Shown piece by piece: positions 13,301 to 28,300 of a stretch of 64,000 nucleotides of DNA. Source of the stretch: Balanoglossus misakiensis. Lineage: Eukaryota; Animalia; Hemichordata. Position 1 is the stretch's first letter; each line of letters begins with the position of its first letter. Below the pieces are notes generated by a model. That model saw nothing but the letters and a program-made list of their open reading frames with translations. It was not told where the DNA came from and searched no databases. The translations under genes and the position numbers were made by a program. The stretch covers positions 8,277,337-8,341,336 of the forward strand of contig CM082586.2 of NCBI GenBank assembly GCA_040954595.2, read 5' to 3'.

Positions 13301-16300
13301 GAGATAATAACTCTCGTAAAGTAGCCAGAATAAGTCTTTTGTGTGCAGATTTACAGATGGACTTTAAGATGACTTTAAAACTAATCGGGAAGCAACAATC
13401 CTTTGTGCAAGGCACGTATTTTGATATTAAAAGAAACCGACATCATCCATTGATATCTCGATGGTCTTGCTCTTAACGTGCCTAAAATTGTATAGTCGAC
13501 CACTCTGCAGAGGTAAACACATTCACAAGTGTGATTAGATAGAATGAAAAAGGAGTGGTCGAAATCGGAAAGTGCACGGTTTCAACCGATTTTCATAGTA
13601 CACTACAGATGACGTCATGCTTCCCACCGCTTGGATTCCACATACAATGTTGGAATTGTTTATGCACAGCGATAAGTCATACCCTTCCTAATGTCTCGTT
13701 TTCGTGGATATTGTGAGTTGTATATTTTCTACTGCATTCTTTGCAAAACGTCATGTGTCCCTTTAGCTTTTTAAAAAACCTTGATCTCACTGCGCTTGTT
13801 ATACTTGCTGGAAAGAAATTTTGCGAGTAGCTGCTACCATCAAGAAGGTATTGTCGACATCAAGTTCATTTAAAGGCATATCCAAACCTGTCACTAAAAG
13901 TTGTACCTTCTCTCCGTCAACATGGGAAATTTAATATCTTAGAAATTTAATAGTTTCAGTGATAGTCATGCCCTAGCATGACGGGTTTTATTATCCTTTC
14001 ATTGGTCAAAGGGGGCGAATCTTTGATTGCGAACATTTTGGAATTAATAAAAATTTCACAGAAAAAAAGTAATTTGCAACAATCAATACGGTTTCATGGA
14101 AATCAGTTGATTTATACGATATTTCTCGATATTATCACAAAATAGTTCCGATTGAAACATTTGAAAGACGTTATTTATTTTATATTTCATATTCGCAAAT
14201 TTCCAAACGTGTTTCCATTACATTGTTTTTGTTTCATGCCTTAGTACTTAAATTTGTTATTTTCTCTGGCATTGAATGGGCTTGAATAATGCCACAGGAT
14301 GGTAATTTAAAAAAGTGGATTGTACAGTCAGGCATGCGGAAAATGAGAGGCAATAACATAGGTTATTGGCAAGGGAATAATGTATTGTAAGCAATCAATT
14401 AATTAATATGCGCAGTCATCTATATCATAGCAGATTGCAAAAACACAATGATGGACATTCAGCTATTGTTGGCAGTATTTTTTTTTATTCTCAACAAATT
14501 TGTACCGATCACTTTTGTCAGAATTAAGGTTAATAGAAATAATCAACAAACGCAGTGTCTTAGAAACACGGGTATGTGGCCATTGTATAGACGTATAGCA
14601 TCAATCATACAGAACCGGCCAGCGTAGAACATGACACCTGTTACAGAAGGCTAACAGCACGCACGATATTTCAAGTGCAGCCTTCGTCAAGTGCTGACGA
14701 CAGTGCCCACAAGTCAATCAGAATGACTAAGAAAGACAAATAAATAAAGCGACCCTCAAAAGGACTGTCTTAAAGGATTGATAATTATCAATAAACCGTT
14801 CTCTCTCAATATAAAGTCACTCGCCGTTGCCGACAATGTAGATATTCCAGAGGTACCATACTTGGCAATGTATGATTCTTAAAAGAGATTGTTAAAACAA
14901 AGACACATAGGTTCGTCGTTTTGCGTTAGAACTTAGCTAGTTGTATTTTTGACGTATTCCCCCCGCCCCCAAATTGACATTGACAGTTAATATAGTGTCT
15001 CAATGTACAATTGTTACTGATATTGCTCTGTTTATTTCAAGTTCTCGAAAGATCCGTAACCCATACATGTACGTACATTCTTTTCTCGTTGTCTGTAACG
15101 TATATTATCATAACGTTACCTTCACAACGATGCACGTATACCCCTATAACGCTGTTAGTCGTAAACGAAAGTCGACCGCTATACATGTGGTAATTTCGTT
15201 GTTCGTGTGTCCAGTTCATGCTGTTACGACACACCGTGTTTAGTTGCATGCTCAGCTTGGTCGAGAGAAAGGTAGTTTTTTCTTTTGCATAACAAAAGGC
15301 CCTGCTTTTTAATTAGTTCATTATAATATTATTTAACCAGCTGGTCACTGGTATAAAAGGCATTCGCACAAAAATCCACGAGGAATACTTCTCAACACTG
15401 CGTGGGAGGAGCACGTCACTCTAAATAACTGGCCCTGCAGCATTTATCCGTTGTCTGTGAATGACGGACTTTGTGAGCAACGGACTTCGGTGCCTTGGAG
15501 AGACTTGACTTCGGCCAGGACTTTTATGGACCCAATAATTCCTCGACCAAGCAGGGTAAAAACCATAGAACATTTTTTCTGTGAGACTTTTTTTGACAGT
15601 AGAAAGCTAAATGTTTCAATTAAATATTTTGTTGTTGAACTACAAACTCCATTGTGTGCTCCCGGTTATTTCTACCGTAACAACGCTGATGACATCAACG
15701 CCCAAACGACCTCTGGAGCCAGCATATAATAGAACCGAATCCGTATAAATGAGTCAATTATGAAACCGAACAGCATTTAATCAAATGATAGTTGTCAACC
15801 TTTCCCATACACATTTGCTGTGGTGGCAGAGGGCCAAGCCAGACAAATTCAAGGCAATATTTGCTCATTGCGGTTTGAGTTGAGTTGCAGTCGTGTCCTT
15901 TGGTGTTAATCATTTAGAACTGTGCATTTCGATGTGCCAAGTATTATACAAATGTACACCTCTCATTAATACTTAACACTAAATACGGGGAGGGTAGACT
16001 TGCCCAAGTGTTAGACTCATGCATGCCTTGACAAATAGTAAGTTAATCTTCACTATATATACTAAGTAATCTTAAAGATCATTGTGATGACGTGCATCGG
16101 GTGTTATTTCCATGCCGATCAATTCATATTCAAGTGCGACACATAAATAAATGAGCAGACATTCAAAATGAACTTGTTTACTATGCTTTTCTTTACCATG
16201 ATACAAAGAGCGGGAAATGAACTAGTAGCCTATAATAATAGGGATTGATTCACAGGCCACTTTTGAAACAACGGTAAGTGCATTGCGTGCGTGCGCGCAC

Positions 16301-16302
16301 GC

Positions 16303-16344
<42 letters not shown>

Positions 16345-16351
16345 AGTCTGT

Positions 16352-16392
<41 letters not shown>

Positions 16393-19300
16393 CCCCCTCT
16401 CTCTCTCTCTTGACAGGAGTTGACGCTACGCAGCTCAACTAATTTACTGGCAATCAAGTGTGTGAGCTATACATCACACACATACGTTAATTGTATAGTT
16501 ATCCGTGACAATCCTCCCCTCAAATGGCTATAATAGAGATTCTAATCTACTTAATCAAAGCGTTGCACATATCTAATCACGAAACAAATCAAATATAATT
16601 CCTACAATTGGTTGTTACTGTGAAATTATCATGCTATTGTCTACAACTGCAATGTGTAATTTATTAAATTTATTTTCAAGACGCTATCAGTTTCGGAAAA
16701 TCAGTCCGAGTATGACTGAATTCAGACTTCTTTCACTTTGATAGTCAAACAAAATATATAACAGAAACCCAACCTAATAAAACTTCTCATGTGCTTTTCT
16801 TACGTGTGATGACAGTCTTCGTCTAATGATCGCCAAATTTAATATCAACATATTTCGATTGATTAATTTTCAAGATGTCAGGGATTTATGTCTGTTATCA
16901 GCCTTGCAGAAAAATCAGTACAGCGGTTCACTCTGGCACGTTGGCATTTATATATTATTGATGGTGCAGCTTAATACTAGCCGATCTACTAAACCTATCG
17001 TATGTTACACTGCATGGTAAATCCTGGCTTATTAAGTTCAAAATTAAATGGAAAAAGATATATGATGTAAACAGCTGTCGGTCGCAAGTCTAAGACTTGA
17101 AGAAAACAATCAAAATGCATATTACAGATTACCCACAATTCTCTGTGATTTGTACTGTGGGCGGTTGTCAATCTTGTATTTGTTGGTCAAAATATACATT
17201 GTAATGCGAAGCACTACATAATATGTATCGACGTTTCATTGTGTCTAGCCGCAGATACATGGTCTAAACCTACATTTTGAAACTGCTTTATACCTCTTAA
17301 TCTGGAAGTTGCATATGCGCATGCGTACATCCGTGTATATTCACAAATGTGAGATAAGGGATACCATGTTCCCTCGTGACGATAACTGATATCAGTCTGT
17401 CTATTGTCTGTTGGTTTACCTGCATAATTTTTCAAGTAGAGCTTAAAGCCCAATGATCTGTAATGCTTTAAATATCTCTTAAAATCTCGGATATGCTATT
17501 AAATGGCATTGCCCGGTGTGATCTTAAATTTCACCAAACCTTATTAACACATTAGTCAAGTATTAAGTCATAAAAGTTACACGTCATTTTAATATTTCTT
17601 AAATATAAACTTAGCGCGTGATATCTCGTTCTGACATGTATCAATTACACAATCTTGATTACTCTAGGTCAAGTACCTATGTCAATACTGGACTTAGGCA
17701 AACAGGTGAAAGACTTCTTACGTTATCATATCTATTCATGAGTGTTAAAACTCAGTCGTGACACTATTCACAGAGTTGGAATAATGCTAGTCGTGTATTG
17801 AGATTTTAGTAGAGTGAGCTCTAGGTTAGGGCAACCTTGTAATTTTTCACTGTAGGCCTCTTTGCAAGAAACGTTGGTCGGTCCGCAATACAGTATAAAC
17901 TCTGGCGCACTTGAATTTTGTAATCCAAATTGATGCATGTGTCTTTGTATAAAAATATGCAAGGAAACAGAAACACTTTACATTGGATAAGTCAAAAGGA
18001 ATAAACGATATAGAGACCGATTATTAATTATTATTTTGGCGAGTTTTTCACTCTCATGTCTGCAAGTGGGATGGAAGTTGTGTGTGGTCGGACATTGTTT
18101 CACTATATCCACATGTACATGTAGAATAACATAAGTGTTTTCTTGTATCAAACATAATTGATGGAAAAGGGCAGCGAGAGGAGAGAGACACTTTGTCCCT
18201 TTAACCAAAAGCAGTAGTACGAACACGATGTTAAATTGATCGACGTCACGCAATACCGAATTAGAATAAAAAATCAGGGTTTTTCATCAGGGTTGGTTGG
18301 AATATGAGAAAAGGGTAAAAAGCCCAAGTTAAAGCAGAAATAGATAAACTCTCACAGAAACAAAAGAATGGAGGTTACCAAGTAAATCACACGCCAGCGA
18401 TGTTGTCGAGTAAATTCGAATCACTTGAAGAACTACTTAAGTAAAAATCGAGCGATTCTGCTGTCCTGTATAAAACAGAAAACACCATCTCTTGAAACAC
18501 GACAACCGCATATGTAGGAGATTGGTAGCACACAGATTTTCGTGAAAGCACGTTCAGGATAGTAACATCACAACAAAAAGTAGTGTCTACGTCAGAAAAT
18601 CAGAATTAAATCTATTCTTGTTTGTGCGAGCCCGTGGAATAGCACGTACCAAACATCTCATCGAATCTGGCGCACCAAAAGTGTCTAAATTAGAATGTAT
18701 CTCTGGCACGAAGACTGGGCGACCTAGATTTTAAGATGATTGTCAGAGAGTACAGGAGAAGCCGTAAAGTGCACAGCATGGGTTTCACTACCCAGGCTTG
18801 ACACCTGAAACAGATTGTTGTCCATTGCGTTCTGCGTCATCAGTTATTGTCAGAACACGCCACACAAATGGTCGTTGTTTGAGAAGGTCACGTGGTAAGC
18901 TTAGAATGAAATTTGCCCCTATATTATTTTTTCTAGCTTTTTGAATCTTGAGTGTTTGTCAGTCGATTCATACAAATTAATTTGCCTTGTTAGGCATGTA
19001 GAATAACGAGTACCACGTCTCTATTGTTATGATCATGCTATATGCGATGTCTTCTGTGCTGTAGTAATTAGGCCAGGGGTAGACATCGATTGTATTTCGT
19101 ATTTAATTACTTTTGAGACACGGAATGGAAGCGATTACGCGTTTGCCGAGTCGATGCATGAGGAGGAGTGACACCACCCACTTCTCCTCGTCTAGAATCT
19201 GCTTTGTATTTTCTCCACTCTGCCAAAATCAAATTTTGGCAGAGCGACGTACAAGGCTAACTCTCCTTCAAAGCGTATTGAAATATAGTTTCCCGATTTC

Positions 19301-22300
19301 ACGTATGCTGTACATCAGTAAACTTTAAAAACTTATAGAAAAAAAAACAACCAGAAGTTTTCCTTGTTTGCGTTTGACGGTCTAAAATATGGGGTAGAGT
19401 ACAGAGTCAGCACTTTTTGCATTTCCCGTGCTGTAGATTTTCTCTAGTAGAAATATCTGAACGACTCAAGGCTATGGGATGTGATAACCACGCACCCTCA
19501 GGACATTACCCTACCATAGCTATCACACAGCGTGGAAATTGGTTTGTGTGCAGCGCAGTGGAATGGAATTCCAAAGTACAGTCCAGGAACACAGGAATGC
19601 CACAGCCCACTCCAAGAAGTTTGGCTTATGTACTGATTTAGTGATACGTCGAATTATCAGTACTGTATTATGTTAGAATTCATTCAGAGCAAACGGTGCT
19701 ATTCTGAACGCGGTTGATTTTCAATTTTAGATGTAGGATAGGCCGTGATCATATGCAGTGCCCGTTGTCTGTATGCAAATGGCATTTGTGTTAACCACCC
19801 TAACCACCTGGCTTGCGATGACATCAACGTGTGCACGCTACCCATAATGTCTGTGTATCACTTAAGGTTAAAACACACCGGGTAATTTCTCTATAGAATG
19901 TGTCCAAAATAACCACGCACCGAAAATATATGGTGACCATGCTCATAAAAATGTATATATACAAAACTGTTATTCTGTGATGCAGGCGCAGAAATAGATT
20001 GATGATTTCTAAGATACCACCTACAGATGTGTTATCACGAAGCCATGTAATAAAGTCGCTCGCAGAAGTAAACTCATTCGCACAAGCAGCATTAACGAGA
20101 TCTGTCACAGTTGATGCCACGTCAAACTGACATTAACACGTTTTGTAACATCTATTCATTATCTCATATTCATTGCAATTAGTCTGAAATCCACGGGTAG
20201 TACTTTGCTAAAAGGATTCTTTAGTGTAAACCTCGACCTGTTATTAGCCACACAGGGATTTGACTTTTGACGCCCACGGATCCCTTGAATTTAACGCCAG
20301 ACTTCCATCGTGTTGATTTGTTTCATCGAGTAATGTTATATCGTTGTACTTTCTCTCGAGGTCTGTGACCTCTAGATCACGGCGTCACTATACAATGTAT
20401 CAGCACTGAATATGCTAGTATCGTCTGCTGCGGATTAACGGATAATTGACTGGCACTGTAGTAAAGTGTAACCCACGCTACACCTGAGTCACAACTAAAC
20501 CATGCTTTTCTTTGCAATTTCAATTTGTAGCTCAGGATGCACGCGTCATACTTTCTCCCACTCCCATAGAACGTCGTTGAAAATCTAAACCTTTCCACGC
20601 CGTTCTTTTAGTAAAGGAAATTCCCGGCTTTTATCTCCTAGGCGAGGTTCTTTATTACATTGTGATCCGGTTGCAAAACTGCATTTGATCGATATGCAGG
20701 CATTTATGCTTGATTTATAATCTTTATCCTGTCCTTGGAATGTGCGTAATACTGGGTTTCGTTGCCGTAGAATTCAAAGCGGACTTGTCATATAATGTAA
20801 TATCGCACATCTGCTATCGCTTGCAGCCTCGCTTTCACTGTCTCTCTCCAAGTTATATGTGTGTGAATATTCACACGGGGAGAGTGTTTAAAGGAACAAA
20901 ATCACCAGACTAAATTTAGACATTACTTTCGTGTTTCGTTTTATGTCATTTAACGTTTGTCTTACTGAAATTTACCGAATCAGGAGATGATGCAATCCTA
21001 TTCACACCCAGCCTAGGGGAATTGCAATGCTCATGACTTAATTCATGAATTGTTAATTTGTCATTTAAACCGCCTTGACATGTATACATTTGCAGAAAAT
21101 GTCCTCTTATGTATGTATACAGAGAAATGGCTATATTGGCGAAGAAGTGTGCGTTTCACGTTAGTTGTGGAGAACCCTGACTCCAACACTACATGTTATC
21201 TTTTGCATTTTCTCCACCATTTCACGTTAAAACTTTGGCATTTTTGACCTATCAGAGAATTCATGTTACTATTAACTTCAAGTGAACTGGTTCTTGTATC
21301 TGGATCTATATTAGGCGAGAGTACATTGTGTGATATGAATTCAAGCAAGCAGCACTCTTACTTTATCGTGAGTCTCGATAAAGGTTGCATTAATCAAGAC
21401 AGTTCAAAACGTGCAGAACTGATTATCAAAGCGTCATATTCAACCGGTATATGATGGGAACACGCCCAGAGGGATCACCTTCTCCCCGTGACACCGAATC
21501 AAACACCATAACTGTTGCATTGTTACTTACAAAGCCCCCGACAAAGTAGCATTCCATGCATGCACAAGCGCTGTGCTTGTGTGAAACAAGCCCGTGAGTG
21601 CAATGCGCAGAATGATGTAGTCAGTGTTATGTTCTCATAGAAAAGCGGCATTAACTTACAAACTTTTGACGGCATGGTACTATACTCCCGCCGCTATTAA
21701 ATATTGCCCACGCTATGTTTAAGGGTGAATGTACACGTCTGCAGGCTATACCTAGAATTTTACAGTTATGCCCACCATCATATGATCGTATATACTTCTT
21801 GTAATCATAGACTCCTGAGAAGTGGCTGTTGTAATAAAATTAACCTGGAGACTTCTGATAACGTTGGTGTTATACCACTGTCTTAATTTTTACATCATTG
21901 TTTCTGTCTCATCTGAAGTGTAATGGCGGAAGAGGAACTGACGTCATGTACAGGGAATTGTACGACACAACAACGACAAAGATCATGGTTCTCGGTGCAG
22001 GCTGCTCCATTGTAACTGAACCAACTGCGCAGGCGTCACACCTGTGGAACTTGTTACAGGTAATGTTCCATTTATGATTGGCTCGTCGCTTTTGAGGTCT
22101 AATCGCTTCGTGTGCAGCTAAAAGTCTTAATCTAAAATTAACATATTGCACTATTTGCAGGCACAAACTAGGCAACTGGAAACAAAGATAGTTGAAAAAC
22201 AACATTGACGCACATTGTATATACAAATAACCGTCTTAAGTGAAAACTGGATTTTTTATATACCAGTACCGGACATAAGTATCAAATACAGTGTCTAACC

Positions 22301-25300
22301 TTTTAAGTTCTTTGTTTGAAAAATACTGTTTTTTTCGGGAAATAACCATGTCTCCGCTCTAAATGAAAATTATATATCACAAAGCTGACACCATCAACAT
22401 GTTGAAAGTTTCCTATTAACAATCAATGTATCAGTTGTCATTTGTCTTGCTTCCATTACATGTCAGTCTACATGCAGATACAAGTTTTCATTTCTTACCA
22501 AAGCAAGAAAAGTTAATAACCCAAGAGTTACTGTAAATGTTAATAATAGGACACGTGACACATTTCTGCTAATCACGTGATAGATCATATGCAATTACAC
22601 ATTGAAATCCAAAGTGTGTTTGTCAAATGATCTATTGTGGTTGGATTTTCGACCATTATTTTATTAGAAAGTGATTGTTCCCATAATGATGCAAATTAGA
22701 CTAATGACTATGGACTGTGATGGATCCATATATCAACATTGGACCCAAACTTCACTATTTGGCTTCCTCTTGTTTGTTAAATGAGGCGATGGGATTATTT
22801 GCTTTCATATATTAGATTTGCTGACAAACTGAATGAGATCGGATCGTACCTAGAATCTGTCACTCGCGTAACAACGACGCAGCAATCAGTATTACTCACA
22901 ACAGCCAGCCGACAAGTCAATAACCTCGAACATATGCCGAAATGTATGTTGAGTTGTTGACATTTTAATTTCCGTTGCATAAATACTAAATGGCTTTACC
23001 TTTAAAAATCGATTTCATTTGTGTATATAAAGCTCGAATCAAGAACCAATTTATTTACCAGATTTGTTGTTAATCATTATAAATTATTTCACCCGTGTGA
23101 CGGATTAAATTTACCTTCTATACTTGCATGGAAATTACAAGATTACTGGCAAAGATCTGCACGGGTTTTAGATGTCGTCGACGCGGATTGTCTTCCAAAG
23201 AGAATTCGGGACGCAATGGCTGCTTTAATTGGGTGTTAGGGAAGAATGTCACCAATAATTAAACCTACTCCATCCTCAGAAAAACACGTATACGTCTCTA
23301 CCCTCAAATGCTGAATTCGACTTCGGGTGTGCTGTCAAACACAGTCGGGTAAACGTAGACACACTTATATCTGTGTAGTCCACAGACAGCCACGTATTAC
23401 CTCAAATGCAGTTCCACAGTGACACGGAGACGCGCTCCCTCAGGACGGCTCCCAAATTCCACGCGGCGTCCTCGAAAACATCCACCACGACTTCACAAGT
23501 CCCTTCGGCAGTGTCAATCCTCAGCTACTACAGTAGACAGGCACACTCAGTACGGTGGGCTCCCAAAACTCTGCGACAATGCGACGGCACAGCTACCAGA
23601 CCAGAATCGAATGAGCCACGCGACAACGTGGCACTGGGTGGCTTTAATACCAGAAAAAAATAATTAACACCTGGTCAAGCTTATATGTTAAATGAAGCAA
23701 TCAACATAGCTGCACCTGGCCACGAAACAAAACAAACAATACACTTCATCACAAAACAAAGAAACAAAACAACGCCTCCTTATTCATGATTACTAAACTG
23801 ACCTTGTATTTTGACTCCGAGGAGAAAATATCTTATGATATCGATTTACGACCAATCGAACCTCCTTTATCACAACCCTATGCTCTTGTATGTCACATTT
23901 GCACAATCACGCGATGACTATTCTAACGAATTTTATATCTGATTGACCTGTTTAGCTGCTGTACGTATGACAAGATATGATTAAAATGGCCCTGATTATA
24001 TAATCGTTTCCATATTCTATTTTAACATTTTAACAGCTTTCCTACTCGTCGGCCTCGCCAAAGCTTTCCGACCGAAGCCTCTTCCCGAGGTTTTTCCGAG
24101 TATTTCCGACTGAGAAGGTGCTCAATGTTGTCAAGTTCGACATGTTGAAACACTTCGGGTGGACCAAAGTCGGAACTTTGCATCAGACTGTAGACTTATT
24201 CTCCTTGGTAAGTGAAAATTGTCGTCTCCTTTTTTGTTGTATTCGATTCTCGGGGCACACGTCCTTGAGAAATTATTTGTGGCAAAACATAAATGGACGG
24301 CTTATAAAAAGGGGGTTGCTTCCTGGAGAACAGGTACCAAAGTTACGGGCAAATGACAATAACAAGAAACGAGACTCTGGGTCTCCCGTTTTGAACAAGT
24401 TGCGTTATAGTGCATTTCCCAAGTACCAATAGTTAGAATATACCTTTAATTCTGGCTGCCTTAAATAGGGTTTCACTTTGCGCTAAGGGGTCAAATCACA
24501 TTGCATTCTGGGCGAAAAGTCGACAACCCACTGTAGTAAGAGATAGAAGAAATGATATGTTTACTGTATTTCATGACTTCCTTTGGTCAAACATGTCTGT
24601 CTTTGTAGTTAGCATATTAAACTAATTTAACTTTTTTCACATTTTGTTATTTTTTTTCTGTTAAAAAGTTAAATCGGCAATCTTGAAATTGTGTCGACCA
24701 TATGAGATTTTCATCACTCACTTAGATACAATGTAGCTTAAAACCTATTTAAGGTATAGGGGGAATTATGGGGATCTTTTGGGCAGTATAATTTGGATCT
24801 AACAAGGTAGAAATTATAAGTGCAGAAAAACACTGGTTTGGGAATGGGGAAATGTATTCCCGGAAACAATGATACGTGCCGTACCTTTTTTCAAATACAC
24901 CATATGCTACCTCTGTGGTTGTTGTTTGTTATTTCTCGGTCATTATCGTGCTGCGTGGTGGTTTGATCCCGCAGACATTCAAAACGCATTCACCACAGAA
25001 ATTCAATACTCGTTCACAGGTGACTTTGTCCCCTAAGGCGATTCACTTCACACAGTGTAACATTTCATCGAAAGGCACAATTATCCATTGACTTTGATCT
25101 TGGGAAAGGATAAATTCACAAGACTCTTCTCAAATAATGTCCTTGCCATCACAGGAGTTTCTTGCAAACCCTGTTTAACTAACAAAGATCCCTCTGTATT
25201 CTCAGGCGATGGCAGATTTCCATTATCACGCCAAGGAGAATGGAATTGATATTTTGACATCGGAGAGTTTCGCTAACGACTCGACTGTACAGGTTTCGAA

Positions 25301-28300
25301 CTTGAAGGTATTCTATTAAACCCTACTCCTTCCCCCAAATGTTTAGTTCAAAGAAACTCTAAACCGAGTTATAATCTCATATTGCAATTTGGTGTACAAT
25401 TACTTGAACTTCGAAATAGACATTTTATTAGACACAGCGATCCCCAAAGTCACGATTCAGTTCGATAATCGCAGAAGTCATTTACTAAATTGGACAATCA
25501 ACGAACAAGTTTATCCGTGAAAAGTAATAATTTTAAATGCGCAATCCCCAAGTGATTCTTTAAATCCTTTAAGCCGCTAGCTGCGCTCCAAAAATTGTTC
25601 ACAGTGAAATCACGACTCTCGCAGTGACAATCATAATTGTGTCGTACTTTTTAGTAATGCACTAGTAATCATGAATGATTCTGTGTTAGCTTTACAACGG
25701 TCGTTGCATGGACGCGACATTTTGTCGCTTTCAATACCCTCAATAAGGTATATGGTCGCTTTCCATGGCAACTAAATGTAACATTTCAATCAAAGTCCTT
25801 TGCAAAGGGAGAACATTTAGCGATGTTTGATTCAGAGTACGGAAGACGATCAGGTAGACACAGGAGGGAATCTGTAGGAAGCAAGATAATTCCCACAACA
25901 GTTTTTGACATGTTTTTCAATATAAACCTTCAGGACGGCTATTCATGAAGGCCACTTTTCATGGTCAAATTTAAGCCGATTTTTACATTACAAATTGCTC
26001 ACTCTAAAAATGTCACACTATCAGCCATGATCTTGATACATTCAAATGGAAATGATAAATCGAATGATAAGTCGATCAAACTTACGAATCAATTAATCAT
26101 CACTATTACAATGTTCCCTTGCAGAAACAAGGAGCACGTATTATCATTGGTAACTTCTATGAGAACAAAGCGCGAGAGGTATTCTGTCATGCCTACAGAC
26201 AGGGAATGTATGGAGCCAAATACGTATGGATTATAACAGGTAGTGAAATTATTATTCTATAACCAATTATCTCTTTACTATTTCATCGCTACGACTTTAC
26301 TCGACTTTATTTGTTATGGCCTATAGTAATCGGAATATGGTACAGTATGAGAAGTAATCGTTTCAAAATTTATCTGTCATAATATAACGTAGGAGTTTTT
26401 ATGTTTTATTTATTCTCAAGTCCCATGTACACATGTACTAGAAAACTCACTGTCTTTTTTACCACTGAAACGAAATCTAGGAGTATCCGAAAGTGCAGCA
26501 GAATCCTGTTGCGGTTTTTCAACCTAGGCCTATAAAAGTTTAGCTCAACGAATACTTTTGCTATTTTTTCAGTAGTACGTCAATTTGACATTCGGGGGAA
26601 AAATTGTTATTTATTTTATTGCATTTTACCTTATGGTAGTCTGGTAACCTTATACTCTTAGAAGAGTTTATATCCCCAAGGCCCTCAGTAGACCCAAATA
26701 CAATGTATGTACAACACACGCGCAAATATTTACACACATGAAGCTAGTGGAACCCGCGGCAATGAAGTCACCATCCTTGTAGTGACCTACAGTATACATT
26801 GTATTTGCATATAGCAGTGTTATTGCACCTGTTGTATATCACCTAGTTAAAGGTTTATTTGAATAAAGCTAGTCAGTCAGTATTCAGCCATCCTGGTGTC
26901 ATCGTCTCTGTGCATGTGGTCTCTCACTACTCACTATCTTGAACATTACAATCCACGGCCATGCCTCCTTAAATCCAACACGCGTCTCCTCATTGGCTAG
27001 CATTCTACGCTTTACAATGACAAGACTTCTAAGGAGCCAATGCAATATGTTGTTCTTTCGTTCTTTTCCCTAGGTTGGTACAGCAACGATTGGTGGAAAA
27101 CTCAAGACGGCAGCCATGATTGCACGTTGGCGGAGATGGAGGAAGCAATTGCTGGGTACTTCACCACGGATGCCTTACCGCTCAGTCTATCCACTGTGGC
27201 TGGTGTTAGTAATAGGGTAAGAAACGAAAGTAATGAAACAATATAGCATGTGGAAAATGTATTAGTAGCACTTAACCAGAAATAAATATGTTGGGCTTGT
27301 AACTTTCAGGTTAGGCCAAAAAATAATATGTGCTGTTCCGATGACATGTTTTTTTTATTTAAAAATAGGGTAGGTAGGTAGGTAGGGAATTTTTTTTATT
27401 TTGCAATTTTTGTATATCTTTGACCGCCGTTGTGTATAATAAGGACGTCATAGTTCTTGCGTGATTCTCACAATTTTCATAAATTTTGGATATTTGACAT
27501 TGCTTTTTTACTTCCGGCTTTACGAAGCTCTAAAAAGTTTAGGGTCGGCGGGCTAAAATTAGGGGAGGTCGGGTAATCGGAACAGCACGTATTTTTTATT
27601 TTGGTCTTATGAAGATTGCAGGCCAAATGAGTCGTAGACTCAATTTTTATGGAGGTCTCGGTTGAGTAAATGTTATAATAGACGCATGGGAATTCATTTT
27701 AATTCAGCTTATTAGTCCACATCAGCGTGTTTTTCATAAAATTAATCGCTAAATATTTCATTGTTAACTCCCAACGCACACCACTACCGTCCCAAGACAC
27801 CAATGTGCTAGTTCAATGTCAATAAGTCCCCAGACAATTCGTGTTGCCACTCATATATTAATAACAAAAGGCTGATATTAGATTACACTATACTAATGTA
27901 TATTCACGGCACATCAAATGTGCTACTTCTAAAGGTTCAGGAGGCTTTTAAAACGGTTGCTAAGAATCAACTGACTTGTTTTTTTTTTTTGTGTGTGTGT
28001 GTGTGTCCATTTCCAGACGACCGCTGATTTCTTGCGGGAATATGGCGAATATGTTGGCGGTAACGTTGAATCTCTGTCTGGACACCAGGAAGCTCCTTAT
28101 GGGTATGACAGTGTATGGACCATTGCTCTAATGCTCCACGAAGCAGAGCAGAGATTACAGAACTTGAGTGAGTGCAATTTATCTGGTCCATCTACACGTA
28201 ATTAGAATACAAGAAACTTTCTGCCGGTGATTTAGCGTTCTGTATTAGAGGTCAATGAAACTACATAATCATTTTCCGTTGCTTAGAATCTGAAAGGAGG

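Noticed and set aside
7370-21918. Nested gene in the 14.5-kb first intron
   Set aside because: Only short ORFs without motifs were found; no coherent exon chain by eye.
23406-23667. GC-richer patch with two overlapping ORFs in receptor intron 2
   Set aside because: No recognisable domain or convincing splice sites; probably a repeat remnant.
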